A stretch of 41,050 bases of DNA from Myxococcota bacterium. Lineage in GTDB: Bacteria > Myxococcota_A > Bradymonadia > UBA7976 > UBA1532. The stretch is taken from the NCBI GenBank assembly GCA_036337435.1, contig JAYZEG010000009.1, forward strand, positions 1 through 41,050. The letters are read 5' to 3'. Of the stretch, positions 10,104-19,874 are shown piece after piece (positions within the stretch are counted from its first letter, which is position 1; every line of letters begins with the position of its first letter). A program made the position numbers and the translations under genes. The notes below the pieces were generated by a model, which had not been told where the DNA came from, did no database searches, and worked only from the letters and a program-made list of their open reading frames with translations.

Positions 10104-11354
10104 ATGACGCAAACGCTTCGCAAAGAAAAAAGCAGCGGTATCCGTACGCGACTGCCAGTCACTGTATTATCGGGTTTCCTTGGAGCTGGTAAAACAACTC
10201 TTTTAAACCAAGTCCTCAACAATCGTGAAGGCCTCCGCGTGGCGGTTATCGTGAACGATATGAGTGAGGTCAACATAGACGCTGAATTGATTGAACGCGG
10301 CGGCGCAGAACTCAGTCGAACCGATGAGAAGTTGGTTGAAATGTCCAATGGATGTATCTGTTGTACACTGCGCGATGACCTCTTGAATGAAGTTTCACGG
10401 TTGGCTCAAGACGGGCGGTTTGACTATCTACTGATCGAATCAACAGGCATCTCGGAACCTATCCCTGTTGCTCAGACCTTTACCTTCGAAGACGAAAATG
10501 GAGTCAGTTTGAGCCGGATTTCCCGACTCGATACCATGGTGACCGTCGTTGATGCAGCTAACTTTCTGAATGATTATAACGCGGCTGAAGCACTTCAAGA
10601 ACGCGGCGAGTCACTCGGCGACGACGACCATCGCACTGTCACTGACTTGCTCATCGACCAGATCGAATTCGCCAATGTCATTTTGCTCAACAAGTTAGAT
10701 CTCGTCAGCGAAGAACAGGCTAAGCGGGTGAAGGGGATTCTGACCGCCCTCAATCCGGGGGCGACTATCTATATGACGACCCGAAGTGAAGTCCCGCTCT
10801 CCGCGGTGCTTGCAACGGGCCTGTTCAATTATGAAAAGGCAGCCAGCTCTGCCGGATGGATTCGTGAGTTGCAAGGCGAGCACATCCCCGAGACCGAAGA
10901 ATACGGGATTTCAAGTTTCACCTATCGGACGCATCATCCCTTCGATGCGGAAAAGCTGTGGGCCTTCCTTCACGATGCCGACAATTGGAGTGGTATCCTT
11001 CGGTCCAAGGGGTTTTTCTGGGTTGCAGCTGACCATCGAGCCGCCTACGAATGGGCTCAAGCCGGCGGCGTCAGCAGCGTGAATCCCGTCGGGACCTGGT
11101 GGGCGGCCATTCCAAGGGACCAATGGAGTCACCCAGAGGGTCGACGACCCGACCAAAGACCGGACTGGGACCAGCGCTATGGTGATCGCACCCAGCAACT
11201 GGTTTTCATCGGACAAAAAATGAATGAATCTGCCATGCGGACTGGCCTTGACAGCTGCCTTTTGGACCCGAGTTTAGCCAACGCCGATAGCGGCGTCTGG
11301 GCCGCAATGAAAAATCCTTTTCCTGATCTGCCCCTCGATGGCGAATACCAGTAA
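10104..11354 (+). CDS. zigA: COG0523 (G3E) zinc metallochaperone GTPase, ZigA/YciC type
   Basis: Walker [10 protein letters not shown], metal-binding [32 protein letters not shown] and C-terminal GDRxQxLVFIG. The symbol is family-level. Confidence 0.92.
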   Translation: MTQTLRKEKSSGIRTRLPVTVLSGFLGAGKTTLLNQVLNNREGLRVAVIVNDMSEVNIDAELIERGGAELSRTDEKLVEMSNGCICCTLRDDLLNEVSRLAQDGRFDYLLIESTGISEPIPVAQTFTFEDENGVSLSRISRLDTMVTVVDAANFLNDYNAAEALQERGESLGDDDHRTVTDLLIDQIEFANVILLNKLDLVSEEQAKRVKGILTALNPGATIYMTTRSEVPLSAVLATGLFNYEKAASSAGWIRELQGEHIPETEEYGISSFTYRTHHPFDAEKLWAFLHDADNWSGILRSKGFFWVAADHRAAYEWAQAGGVSSVNPVGTWWAAIPRDQWSHPEGRRPDQRPDWDQRYGDRTQQLVFIGQKMNESAMRTGLDSCLLDPSLANADSGVWAAMKNPFPDLPLDGEYQ

Positions 11355-11508
11355 CACTTTTTGAGCAGAGTCGACTTTTAGATGAGTGCCATTTTGTTAG
11401 CCCTCACCCGGTTTTTTTACCTTATGGCTGCATCCACTGTTCACAATCGAGGTCCATCGGACCCTGTCTTTGGTCAGGGGCCATGCCAGTGGTTGGACAA
11501 TGGATGAA

Positions 11509-12705
11509 ATGAGACTCGATTGGTTGATCATCGGCGGTGGCATTCACGGCGTTCACATCGCCGGACGGTTGCTAAAAGAAGCGCACGTACACCCGGAGAG
11601 GCTCCAGATTGTCGATCCCGGTCAACGCCTCTTAGCGCGTTGGCGGACGTGTACTCAGACGACCGGGATGACCAATCTACGGTCGCCCTCAGTACACCAC
11701 CTTGACCTTGACCCGTGGGCTCTTCAACACTTTGCTGGTGCTCGAAAATTTACGGATCCGCACCTGTTTGCGCCGCCCTATAACCGGCCCGCTCTCAGTC
11801 TCTTCAATGCACATTGTGAGCAATTTATAGACGACTGCGGCTTGGGCTCTTTGCATATTCAGGCGCGTGTCATGCGCTGTTCTGTCGACTGTGATGCTGT
11901 CATGGTCAAGCTATCCAATGGGCGTATACTTCGAACTCGGCAGGTTGTGCTGGCAATCGGCGCGAGTGAGCAGCCCGAATGGCCCGATTGGCTCCCAAAT
12001 CCTAAACATCGGATATACCACGTTTTCGAACCCAAGTTTGACAAGTGGCCTTGTTCGCGAGAACGCGTCATCGTCATTGGTGGTGGGATTTCCGCAGGGC
12101 AGGTGGCCCTTCGACTGGTCGATGAAGGACACCAGGTTCATCTGGTCTCGCGACACGCGTTCCGAATACACCAATTTGACAGCGACCCTGGTTGGTTGGG
12201 CCCTAAATTTATGTCGAATTTCAGGCGTGAAATGGACGTAGACCGAAGACGCTCACTCATCATTGAGGCGCGTCACCGCGGCTCGATCCCCCCCGATGTG
12301 CACGATGGGCTACAGCACGCTGTGAAACAGGGAGGATTAGAGGTCCATGAGTGCGGAATTGACTCCGTTATCAGCCATGAGCGGGGAGTGAGCATGCATT
12401 TGATGGACGGTGTTGTCATCGAAGCACAGAGGGCCTTGCTTGCGACGGGCTTTTCGGCTCAGCGTCCGGGTGGTGCTCTGATCGATGATTTAGTTCTCTC
12501 CGAATCCCTCCCGTGCGCTCATTGTGGCTATCCAATTGTCGATGACGGGTTGCGCTGGCATCCACGGATCTACGTAGCGGGGCCCCTTGCTGAGCTGGAG
12601 CTGGGCCCAGTCTCTAGAAACATTGCGGGTGCAAGGCGAGCGGCCGACAGAATCGTGAAGGCCGCATTGGCGAAATCTAGCACTGAGATGAGGGATGTCT
12701 CCTAA
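11509..12705 (+). CDS. FAD/NAD(P)-binding oxidoreductase (two-dinucleotide-binding flavoprotein)
   Basis: Two Rossmann motifs (IIGGGIHG, VIGGGISA) and LATG. Start taken as ATG 11509; 11500 is an alternative. Confidence 0.85.
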   Translation: MRLDWLIIGGGIHGVHIAGRLLKEAHVHPERLQIVDPGQRLLARWRTCTQTTGMTNLRSPSVHHLDLDPWALQHFAGARKFTDPHLFAPPYNRPALSLFNAHCEQFIDDCGLGSLHIQARVMRCSVDCDAVMVKLSNGRILRTRQVVLAIGASEQPEWPDWLPNPKHRIYHVFEPKFDKWPCSRERVIVIGGGISAGQVALRLVDEGHQVHLVSRHAFRIHQFDSDPGWLGPKFMSNFRREMDVDRRRSLIIEARHRGSIPPDVHDGLQHAVKQGGLEVHECGIDSVISHERGVSMHLMDGVVIEAQRALLATGFSAQRPGGALIDDLVLSESLPCAHCGYPIVDDGLRWHPRIYVAGPLAELELGPVSRNIAGARRAADRIVKAALAKSSTEMRDVS

Positions 12706-12825
12706 TGGGCGGTCTCTTCCAGACAGGCCTTTGCGAGACCCTCAGCCCAACGCTGAGTGCCTTTGGCTGTGCTGTGCCAAAAGCGTGCTTCGTGAGTGGG
12801 CTGCTTGAATGCGAATGATCTGGTC

Positions 12826-15048
12826 CTAGTTCGCGGTGACGGAGAGGACATACTCAAAGGCCTCATCTCGGAAGGATTGCAGCTGAAATTCCCACCTGCC
12901 CGCACGACCACCCGTGAAAGTCCAAGAGATCGATGTTCTCACTCGAGCACCAAGTTGACTTCTTGTGGCGCTCAACAATGGGGGCGGTGGACATTGGCCT
13001 TCACACGCGGCAATCACCTGGAAGTTCCGTACGAGGCATGGATCCCTGATCCCGCCCGGTGCGCAGAGGTTTTGCGGCGTTGACAATCTAAACTGCCAGT
13101 TTATCTCACCTCCAGGCGGGCAATCGGCGCCAGCGTCTACGCCACAATCCACTCTGAACTGATAGGTGTCGTAGCCCGGATTCCGGTCATCACCAGCCTC
13201 CATAACACCCACGACTTGGCCAAAATCAATGACATCAGCTTCCGGTCCATAGCTATCATTGGGTTCACTCTCTGTCTGCTTGCATGACGAATTGCACCCA
13301 TCGTATTCAGCATCATTTCCGTCATCACAATATTCAAAACCACGTGCTGACGGATCGGAGATATCGGTTCGCCTTATGCCATCACCGCATGTTGCCACAG
13401 CACACGCATTGGTACATTGGTCGCTGTTGATTTCGTTTCCATCATCACACGTCTCCTCACCGTTCCAAACGATCTCATCACCGCAAATTGCCTCGGTGCA
13501 ATCGTTGAGACATCCATCGTTATTGTCATCATTGCCATCGTCGCACGCTTCGTCGCCTTGCTCGATACCATCTCCGCATGCGGGTGTCGTGCAGGCGTTC
13601 GTACAGTCATCGTCGTCTACTCGATTTCCGTCATCGCACTCTTCAACGCCGCGTTGTTCGATGCCATCACCGCATCGCGCGTTGGTGCACGCATTGGTGC
13701 ATGCGTCGTGGTCGATTTGATTTGCATCATCGCAATCTTCAACCCCATCCAGAACAAAACCATCTCCACATTGATTGAGCTGGCAGCCGGGCAGGCATCG
13801 ACCGTTCGCTGCGTTTTGTGGGCCATCGTCGCATGCTTCGCCCGTGTCTACTCGGCCATTACCGCATGTGATGACACGGCATTGGTCGTCGCAAGCATCA
13901 CCCTCACCAGTAAAACCGTTGTCATCACATTCTTCACGGCCCTCGTAAATTCGACCATCACCACATCGGGCATTCTGACATGAGTTTGTACAAGCGTCGC
14001 TATCGATGCCGTTTCCATCATCGCATTGTTCGCCCAAATCAGCTTGTACAACCCCATCGCCGCAGGCTGCGGATTCGCAGTTATTATTACACTCATTGGT
14101 GTCATCGCGGTCTCCGTCGTCGCATTGCTCACCTGGCTGAACAATGCCATCCCCGCACGCAGGTTCGACGCACGTGTTACGGCAGCCATCGGTGTCGACC
14201 ATGTTGCCATCATCACAAGCCTCTCCGTCCTGCAAGTAGCCGTCGCCACAGCGTGATTGCTGGCAAGTGGTTGTGCAGTTGTCTGTGTTATCGGAATTGC
14301 CATCATCACATTCTTCCGCGCTACCATTGACGTCGAGCCCGCGAAAGCCGTTTCCACAGCGTGGCCGTGTGCAATTCGGGTCGCATTCCCCGTCATCGGA
14401 TAGCGTTGGTTCACACTCTTCATTGTCGTCGAGAACACCGTCTCCACAGCTCGATTGACCACAGCTGGCGGGCCCCGAATCATCGACACAGCGCTCTCCG
14501 CTTGGACAGGCCGTCGGTGCGTCCCATACCCCTCGCGGTGTACACGTTTGCAATTCATCACCCACGCAGCGCGTCTCACCGGAGATACAATCATTTGCGC
14601 AATCGATAGGACAGATCGTGGGGCTTTCACCACGATCGCAAATGCCATTGCCACAGCCCTCTGGTGGTTCGGCGCAGACGATGCCTTCTGTTGGTGAGAC
14701 TCGCGAGACCCCGTAGGTGCATTCCGTCAACAGACGGCAAACAACGCGACACGTGCCGGATCCGGCACACGCCGTCGACACCGCTGCACCTGCATTGCCC
14801 CCGAGGTTGTCTGTCCCTTGGCTTACATCGATGGATCCGCTCATGGAGCAGACTGATGATGCATCGATCGAGAGGTCGGCCATGGTATTGGGTGGACATT
14901 GGGCGATTAAGTCAGACTCAGCGCATGCGGTTGCGTTTGCTGTGCCAGCATTGGCACCCGCATCTGAATTGCCGCAGCCAGACATGAGAAACACTGCACA
15001 CGACAGCACAGAAAGATACGCAATATGTTGCAAATTGGCCTTTTGCAT
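12826..15048 (-). CDS. lipoprotein with ~12 myxobacterial Cys-rich repeats (DUF4215-like)
   Basis: GGAGG before ATG 15048, lipobox MSGC, tandem CG(D/N)G...E.CDDG(N/D)...C repeats at ~13282-14448, and a C-terminal domain starting ESEPND. Confidence 0.88.
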   Translation of the reverse strand: MQKANLQHIAYLSVLSCAVFLMSGCGNSDAGANAGTANATACAESDLIAQCPPNTMADLSIDASSVCSMSGSIDVSQGTDNLGGNAGAAVSTACAGSGTCRVVCRLLTECTYGVSRVSPTEGIVCAEPPEGCGNGICDRGESPTICPIDCANDCISGETRCVGDELQTCTPRGVWDAPTACPSGERCVDDSGPASCGQSSCGDGVLDDNEECEPTLSDDGECDPNCTRPRCGNGFRGLDVNGSAEECDDGNSDNTDNCTTTCQQSRCGDGYLQDGEACDDGNMVDTDGCRNTCVEPACGDGIVQPGEQCDDGDRDDTNECNNNCESAACGDGVVQADLGEQCDDGNGIDSDACTNSCQNARCGDGRIYEGREECDDNGFTGEGDACDDQCRVITCGNGRVDTGEACDDGPQNAANGRCLPGCQLNQCGDGFVLDGVEDCDDANQIDHDACTNACTNARCGDGIEQRGVEECDDGNRVDDDDCTNACTTPACGDGIEQGDEACDDGNDDNNDGCLNDCTEAICGDEIVWNGEETCDDGNEINSDQCTNACAVATCGDGIRRTDISDPSARGFEYCDDGNDAEYDGCNSSCKQTESEPNDSYGPEADVIDFGQVVGVMEAGDDRNPGYDTYQFRVDCGVDAGADCPPGGEINWQFRLSTPQNLCAPGGIRDPCLVRNFQVIAACEGQCPPPPLLSATRSQLGARVRTSISWTFTGGRAGRWEFQLQSFRDEAFEYVLSVTAN

Positions 15049-15384
15049 TGTCCCTCCCGATTTGGACTCTTCGCCTCGTACCCCGCCACCTTCCATAAAA
15101 TGGACGAGTGAAGCAAGTCTGTCTTGCCACGCCTTCGAAAAACATCGACGGTGCGAGAGTTGCACAGTCACACCTTAATTAGTCGTGCGCACCATTTCCT
15201 GGTCGGGACGCATCGGTACTTTGATCGATCAGAATTGCAGGCGGCGTTCTCCCGTTCCCATCGCCTCAGTTGGGGTTTGTCCTCTGGCGCGAGTTGCGGC
15301 TAAATTGAGGTGTGTAATGAGTCGATACCCATCCATCAAAACGGCCAGGCGGGTCGACTGCGCATCAATGTAAGGGTCGAGATC

Positions 15385-16260
15385 ATGGTGAGTAAACGTC
15401 ATAGAAGTATGGCCTGTTTTTTGATGGTGGCCCTGTTCGGCACTGGATGTTCGAGTCTGGTTGCGACTGAGTCAACCGGGGGAGGTAGGTCCGATAACCG
15501 AATCGTTGATATGGGGTCGTTGGATATCAGTCTATCCACTGCATTCGATGTGTATGTTGGGCAAGTTCCAGACGCTACAGTCACCCTGCTTGATGAGCGT
15601 ATACAGTCAGATTTAACACCATTCGACCAAGGACTTGGCATCGACGTGGTCAACAGGCTTACAGACACGTCAGTGGGGCAAGCACCAGACGTGCGATTAT
15701 TGGATGCTGCACGGCCGTCCCAGACCGAGTCCAGCCTGGATGGGCAATCGGGTGCCTTGGTCACCCGTGATTGCGAATATCGAACATATCCATATGCGGT
15801 CGACATCTTGCTTTCTTGTGGCGATGAACGCTTCGGTCAAATGTTGAGGTTGCATACCTTCAAACGGCATGCCCATGGCCACCGGCGGGTGTATAACGAC
15901 CAGTTGATTACGTATCGCGATCAAAGGTTGTGGTTCGACGCCTACGATATCGCCCGATGCGTAACCATCGATAACCGTGGCCGGATGGGGTTATCAATCG
16001 AGGCCGCCAGATGTGCACGACTCGACCTCGTGCAGAATGCCAATGGATTTTTAATACGGGAGTCGTCGGCGAACCGCTGTGCAGGCCTCGGCACTGCACA
16101 ATGTGATGACCATCAATTTACGGGTGGCCGAGAGTGCGGTGGTGTTCAACATCGGTATCTGCCCATCGTGATGGGCGACTGTAATTCGGCCCTGCAATTT
16201 CGCTTCGAGGCCAGGGCCGATTTCTGTGAAGGATTCTTGCCGGAGCCAGCCTGTTTTTGA
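15385..16260 (+). CDS. hypothetical lipoprotein with Cys-containing C-terminal domain
   Basis: Hydrophobic N-terminus ending GTGC, Asp-rich tether and a globular Cys-bearing C-terminus. Start uncertain. Confidence 0.65.
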   Translation: MVSKRHRSMACFLMVALFGTGCSSLVATESTGGGRSDNRIVDMGSLDISLSTAFDVYVGQVPDATVTLLDERIQSDLTPFDQGLGIDVVNRLTDTSVGQAPDVRLLDAARPSQTESSLDGQSGALVTRDCEYRTYPYAVDILLSCGDERFGQMLRLHTFKRHAHGHRRVYNDQLITYRDQRLWFDAYDIARCVTIDNRGRMGLSIEAARCARLDLVQNANGFLIRESSANRCAGLGTAQCDDHQFTGGRECGGVQHRYLPIVMGDCNSALQFRFEARADFCEGFLPEPACF

Positions 16261-16432
16261 AATGAGCTGACTGTTCGTCGTCAACGTTGATAGCAACAAC
16301 TGAGGGTTAGACTGGTAAAAAGCCGGTTCATGTGTCCGATCCGTCACGTTAGATTTCAAATCGGCCGATATTGTGGGCTATAGGGAGACAGGCCTTGCAT
16401 TGAGGCTAGGATTCCATAATGTGGCAACTGTC

Positions 16433-17245
16433 ATGATTGAATTTTCAAATAGCGATTTGATACGGGCGTTCCTCGTCACGACGGCAGCGGGTTTGGCCAC
16501 CGTCATTGGTGGCTTGCTGGTTTTGTTTTCCAAGCGTTCTAATGCACGCATTCTCGCCTTCGGTTTGGCGTTTGCGAGTGGTGCCATGGTCTACGTTTCG
16601 CTCACTGAGATCTTCACGAAGTCTGTGGACTCGTTTTCTGTCGCGTACGGCAATCAAGATCTCGGATTTATGTACGGAAGCGGTGCCTTCCTTTTGGGGA
16701 TTGTCTGTGTTGCTATTTTGGACATGATCCTGCCGAATCCTCATGGAGGTTTGGTTGCTCAGTCTGGCGATGAAAATGGTGAGCCGGCTGTGAATCTGAA
16801 GCGCGTCGGTCTGCTTACTATGGTTGCGATAACGGCTCATAACTTCCCAGAAGGCTTGGCAACATTTTTTACAATGTTGGACAATTCTGACTTGGGTTTA
16901 TCTCTGGCCGTCGCCATTACTCTCCACAATATTCCGGAAGGCGTCTCCATTGCAATTCCAGTCTATTACGCGACAAATCGTGCATCGCTGGCCATTGGTG
17001 CTTGTTTTTTGTCAGGCTTAGCCGAACCCGTTGGTGCCGCTTTGGGCTTTGCTTTCCTTGGACAGCATCTATCTCCAGCCGTCTTCGGTGGGGTATTCGG
17101 CTTTATCGCCGGTATCATGGTGTTCTTATCCATGGATGAACTCCTACCCGCAGCCAAACAGTATAGCCGCGGCCACGAGACCGTGTATGGGCTGGTTTTA
17201 GGCATGGCGAGCATGAGTGCAAGCTTGGTGGCATTTCGGCTCTAG
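16433..17245 (+). CDS. zupT: ZIP-family divalent metal (zinc) transporter ZupT
   Basis: Multi-TM protein with HNFPEG and HNIPEG motifs, SGLAEP, and AGIMVFLSMDELLP. Confidence 0.93.
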   Translation: MIEFSNSDLIRAFLVTTAAGLATVIGGLLVLFSKRSNARILAFGLAFASGAMVYVSLTEIFTKSVDSFSVAYGNQDLGFMYGSGAFLLGIVCVAILDMILPNPHGGLVAQSGDENGEPAVNLKRVGLLTMVAITAHNFPEGLATFFTMLDNSDLGLSLAVAITLHNIPEGVSIAIPVYYATNRASLAIGACFLSGLAEPVGAALGFAFLGQHLSPAVFGGVFGFIAGIMVFLSMDELLPAAKQYSRGHETVYGLVLGMASMSASLVAFRL

Positions 17246-17440
17246 GCGCACTTTTTGCCAATTGGGCTGGCGTATGGCATTTGGCAGGCATCGCTTGGCG
17301 TTGGAGGCGTCTTACGGCATCGAAGTCAGCACGGGTGTGTGGAATGGTGAGTGGGGCTGAATGTCTATTTTAATCGATCTGCATGGAATCCTTGAAGCTT
17401 GACTCAACCCTGCTTATTCTCCCCAAAAAACGGAGTACTT

Positions 17441-18190
17441 ATGACATACAAGTTAATTTTGCTGAGGCATGGAGAAAGTCAATGGAATTTGGACAACCGA
17501 TTTACTGGTTGGACCGATGTCCCTTTGACTGAGAAAGGGTTGAGCGAGGCGCGGGCAGCGGGCGCTGAAATTATGTCTGCAGGCTTGGACGTCGTTGAAG
17601 CACACACCTCTTTGCTATTGAGGGCAAATAAAACACTTCAAGAAGCTCTTTTTGTCATGAATCGGTTTTGGATTCCTGTACACAAGAATTGGCGTCTAAA
17701 CGAGCGGCATTACGGAGCCCTCCAAGGTTTAAATAAGGCTGAGACTTCAGCCAAACACGGCGAAGCACAAGTCTTCGCTTGGCGCCGGTCGTATGATGTG
17801 CCCCCGCCTGCTTTGGACACGGATGATGCCCGCCATCCGTCGAAGGATGACCGCTATGCCTCTTTGCCTGCAGAGCTTCTGCCTGGCACTGAATGTCTTA
17901 AAGATGTGGTCGATCGTGTTTTGCCTTACTGGTATGACGCCATCGTACCCTCCTTACAGAGAAGTAAGACCGTTCTGGTTGGCGCACACGGCAACAGCTT
18001 GAGAGCCTTGGTCAAGCATCTCGAGGGCATTTCCGATGAAGATATTGCGAGTCTAAATATTCCCACGGGGGCACCCCTGCTTTTCGAGCTGGATAAAGAC
18101 TTTCAAGTGATTAGCAAGCGGTATCTGGGTGATGCGGATGCTGTTGCTGCGGCCACGGCAGCTGTTGCGAATCAGGCAAAATCACATTAG
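17441..18190 (+). CDS. gpmA: 2,3-bisphosphoglycerate-dependent phosphoglycerate mutase
   Basis: [50 protein letters not shown]. Confidence 0.96.
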   Translation: MTYKLILLRHGESQWNLDNRFTGWTDVPLTEKGLSEARAAGAEIMSAGLDVVEAHTSLLLRANKTLQEALFVMNRFWIPVHKNWRLNERHYGALQGLNKAETSAKHGEAQVFAWRRSYDVPPPALDTDDARHPSKDDRYASLPAELLPGTECLKDVVDRVLPYWYDAIVPSLQRSKTVLVGAHGNSLRALVKHLEGISDEDIASLNIPTGAPLLFELDKDFQVISKRYLGDADAVAAATAAVANQAKSH

Positions 18191-18475
18191 GCGAGGGCGT
18201 AACTTGGATGTGCTCATGCTCTGATCAAAAAAGTGATGAGCGGTCGTATTTGAATCCTGACTTGGCTCGATTGAGCAACTCGCCCTCGGTGTTTAGGTTA
18301 CGATAAAGTGCCACAAAGGCCGTGTGATCGATAAGAAGACAGGCTCCGTCAGGAGCCCGCGCACTCCATCCAATCTCCGTCTCGATCTCCGGTTCGGTGG
18401 GGGCCTAATAGGTACGGGTCGGCTGCTGCGGACCTCGTCGTTGGCCAGCCCGAGCAGACCACCCGGGCTTGATGC

Positions 18476-18871
18476 TTAGACGTCTTCTGCGTCTAGACCA
18501 GCGTCTTTCCAGCCGACGATCCCGCCATCAATTACGCTGACGTTCTCGTATCCATAGTCGTTCAAGACGCCGGCAGCGATGGAGGCTTGGCCGCCCAATG
18601 CGCAGGTCACAAAGATGGTTTGACCTTTATCAGCCAGTCGGTCATCGCGGATGCCTTCCGGCATGGTTTGATCCGCTTTGTAGAAAAGGCTGCCTAAAGA
18701 AATATTGATGCTGCCTGGGATCACGCCAGTGGCGGCGAGATCGCCCGCATCACGGACATCGATAATCAGCGCATCGGCGTTGGCCTCAATCGCTTGTTTT
18801 GCATCTGAGATGGTTAAGACGTCTACGTTGGCCTGCCCGGCCTGTACTCGGTCTCCGAAATTGGTTGCCAT
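18476..18871 (-). CDS. single-domain rhodanese-like protein
   Basis: SD GAGGA before ATG 18871; IIDVR, IPGSINI, active-site loop CALGGQA, DGGIVGW. Confidence 0.88.
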   Translation of the reverse strand: MATNFGDRVQAGQANVDVLTISDAKQAIEANADALIIDVRDAGDLAATGVIPGSINISLGSLFYKADQTMPEGIRDDRLADKGQTIFVTCALGGQASIAAGVLNDYGYENVSVIDGGIVGWKDAGLDAEDV

Positions 18872-19080
18872 AATGGTGTCCTCAAGATAGCCCCTTGGTC
18901 CGTCGCTGCCTAACCGTCCGGGTCGCACGTCGTTGAGACGAGCGAACGAGCCCTGGTGGAACGCAACGATGTTTCCGCTGGGATTTTATTGTTACATGAA
19001 CTGCCGCCCAGTCGAAACGATGGACGGCAGGCAAAAATCGTTCATTGAAGGCTACGCCGCTCGCGGCACAACCATGGGTC

Positions 19081-19105
19081 GGGCAGCTGAGTCACTCAGC
19101 CGCCC
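19081..19105 (-). terminator. GC-rich hairpin just 3' of the carbonic anhydrase gene
   Basis: Minus strand GGGCGGCTGAG-TGA-CTCAGCTGCCC (one G-U pair), 11 nt after the stop. No U-tract, so function is uncertain. Confidence 0.45.
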
Positions 19106-19116
19106 TCGAAAATCCA

Positions 19117-19584
19117 TTATGCAGCGTAGGGCATTGAAGAGTGGTGGAGATTAATGCGCACTGCACCAGCATCATCAAGGATGTACCCAAAGGAGTATTC
19201 CACTTTCACTTCATCCCCTTCCGGTGTCGTGAAAAAGTAGTTGCCCATTGCCATCCCAACCTTACCCTCGGTCAGGATGTCGACGTTTTCGAACCGGACA
19301 GCTGTCCAACCCTTAATGGCAAACCCTTTGTCTTCGGGGCAGGCGTTATTCGTTGCCACAAAATAGGAGAGAGCGTCGTCAAATGTAGAGCGGAACTGCT
19401 GCTCAGCTGCCAGAGTTGGCTTGAAGAGAACGGGTGTGAGCCCGTACGCGTACAACGTCTCGACATGGTTCCTGGCAACTTGCTCGAAGTTGTCATTAAC
19501 CGTGTGAGCTGCGGCGATCCGCACGATCCCGTCACCCCATGCTTTTTGTGCGCTTTCGATCAGTTCCTTTGTCATCGTTGCCAT
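19117..19584 (-). CDS. COG4337-type iota-class carbonic anhydrase (SnoaL/NTF2-like fold)
   Basis: AQKAWGDGIV, VLFKPT, ALSYFV, EDKGFA, WxxVRFxN, AMGNYFF, KVEYSFGY and C-terminal HHSSxPY; SD GGAG. Confidence 0.82.
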   Translation of the reverse strand: MATMTKELIESAQKAWGDGIVRIAAAHTVNDNFEQVARNHVETLYAYGLTPVLFKPTLAAEQQFRSTFDDALSYFVATNNACPEDKGFAIKGWTAVRFENVDILTEGKVGMAMGNYFFTTPEGDEVKVEYSFGYILDDAGAVRINLHHSSMPYAA

Positions 19585-19874
19585 TTGGTGTCTCCGTTAT
19601 GTTCATGGTTAAAAAGCCTGCGATCAAGCACCCCTACGATGCTCAGTGCGACAAAAAGATGCAAAAATACCAGAAAAAGATCACGTACTTTTTCAAGTTT
19701 TTTGAGTGCAACCATCTCAAGGTTGCTCGGTGTCGACACTCGGAGACAAGCTGTCGGTCTAGACGTCGCGTTTCAGGTCCATTCAGCGTCCGGATTGGAG
19801 ACGGTCCCTTGTAACGATGGTATACAATGAGCGGGTGATTGAGTCATCGACGCAATTGTTCTTGCGGTCTGCGC

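Noticed and set aside
11382..11507. 41-codon ORF between the GTPase and the flavoprotein
   Set aside because: No SD and no recognisable or His-rich motif; cannot be supported.
13848..14654. 268-aa alternative-frame ORF
   Set aside because: It is an off-frame shadow of the Cys-repeat gene.
2637..16405. Shared 12-mer CTTGCATTGAGG upstream of two genes (2637 and 16394)
   Set aside because: Dozens of 12-mer coincidences are expected in 41 kb, and the spacing fits neither sigma54 nor a palindrome.
19141..19830. 229-aa plus-strand ORF
   Set aside because: It is antisense to the well-supported carbonic anhydrase gene and has no motifs.
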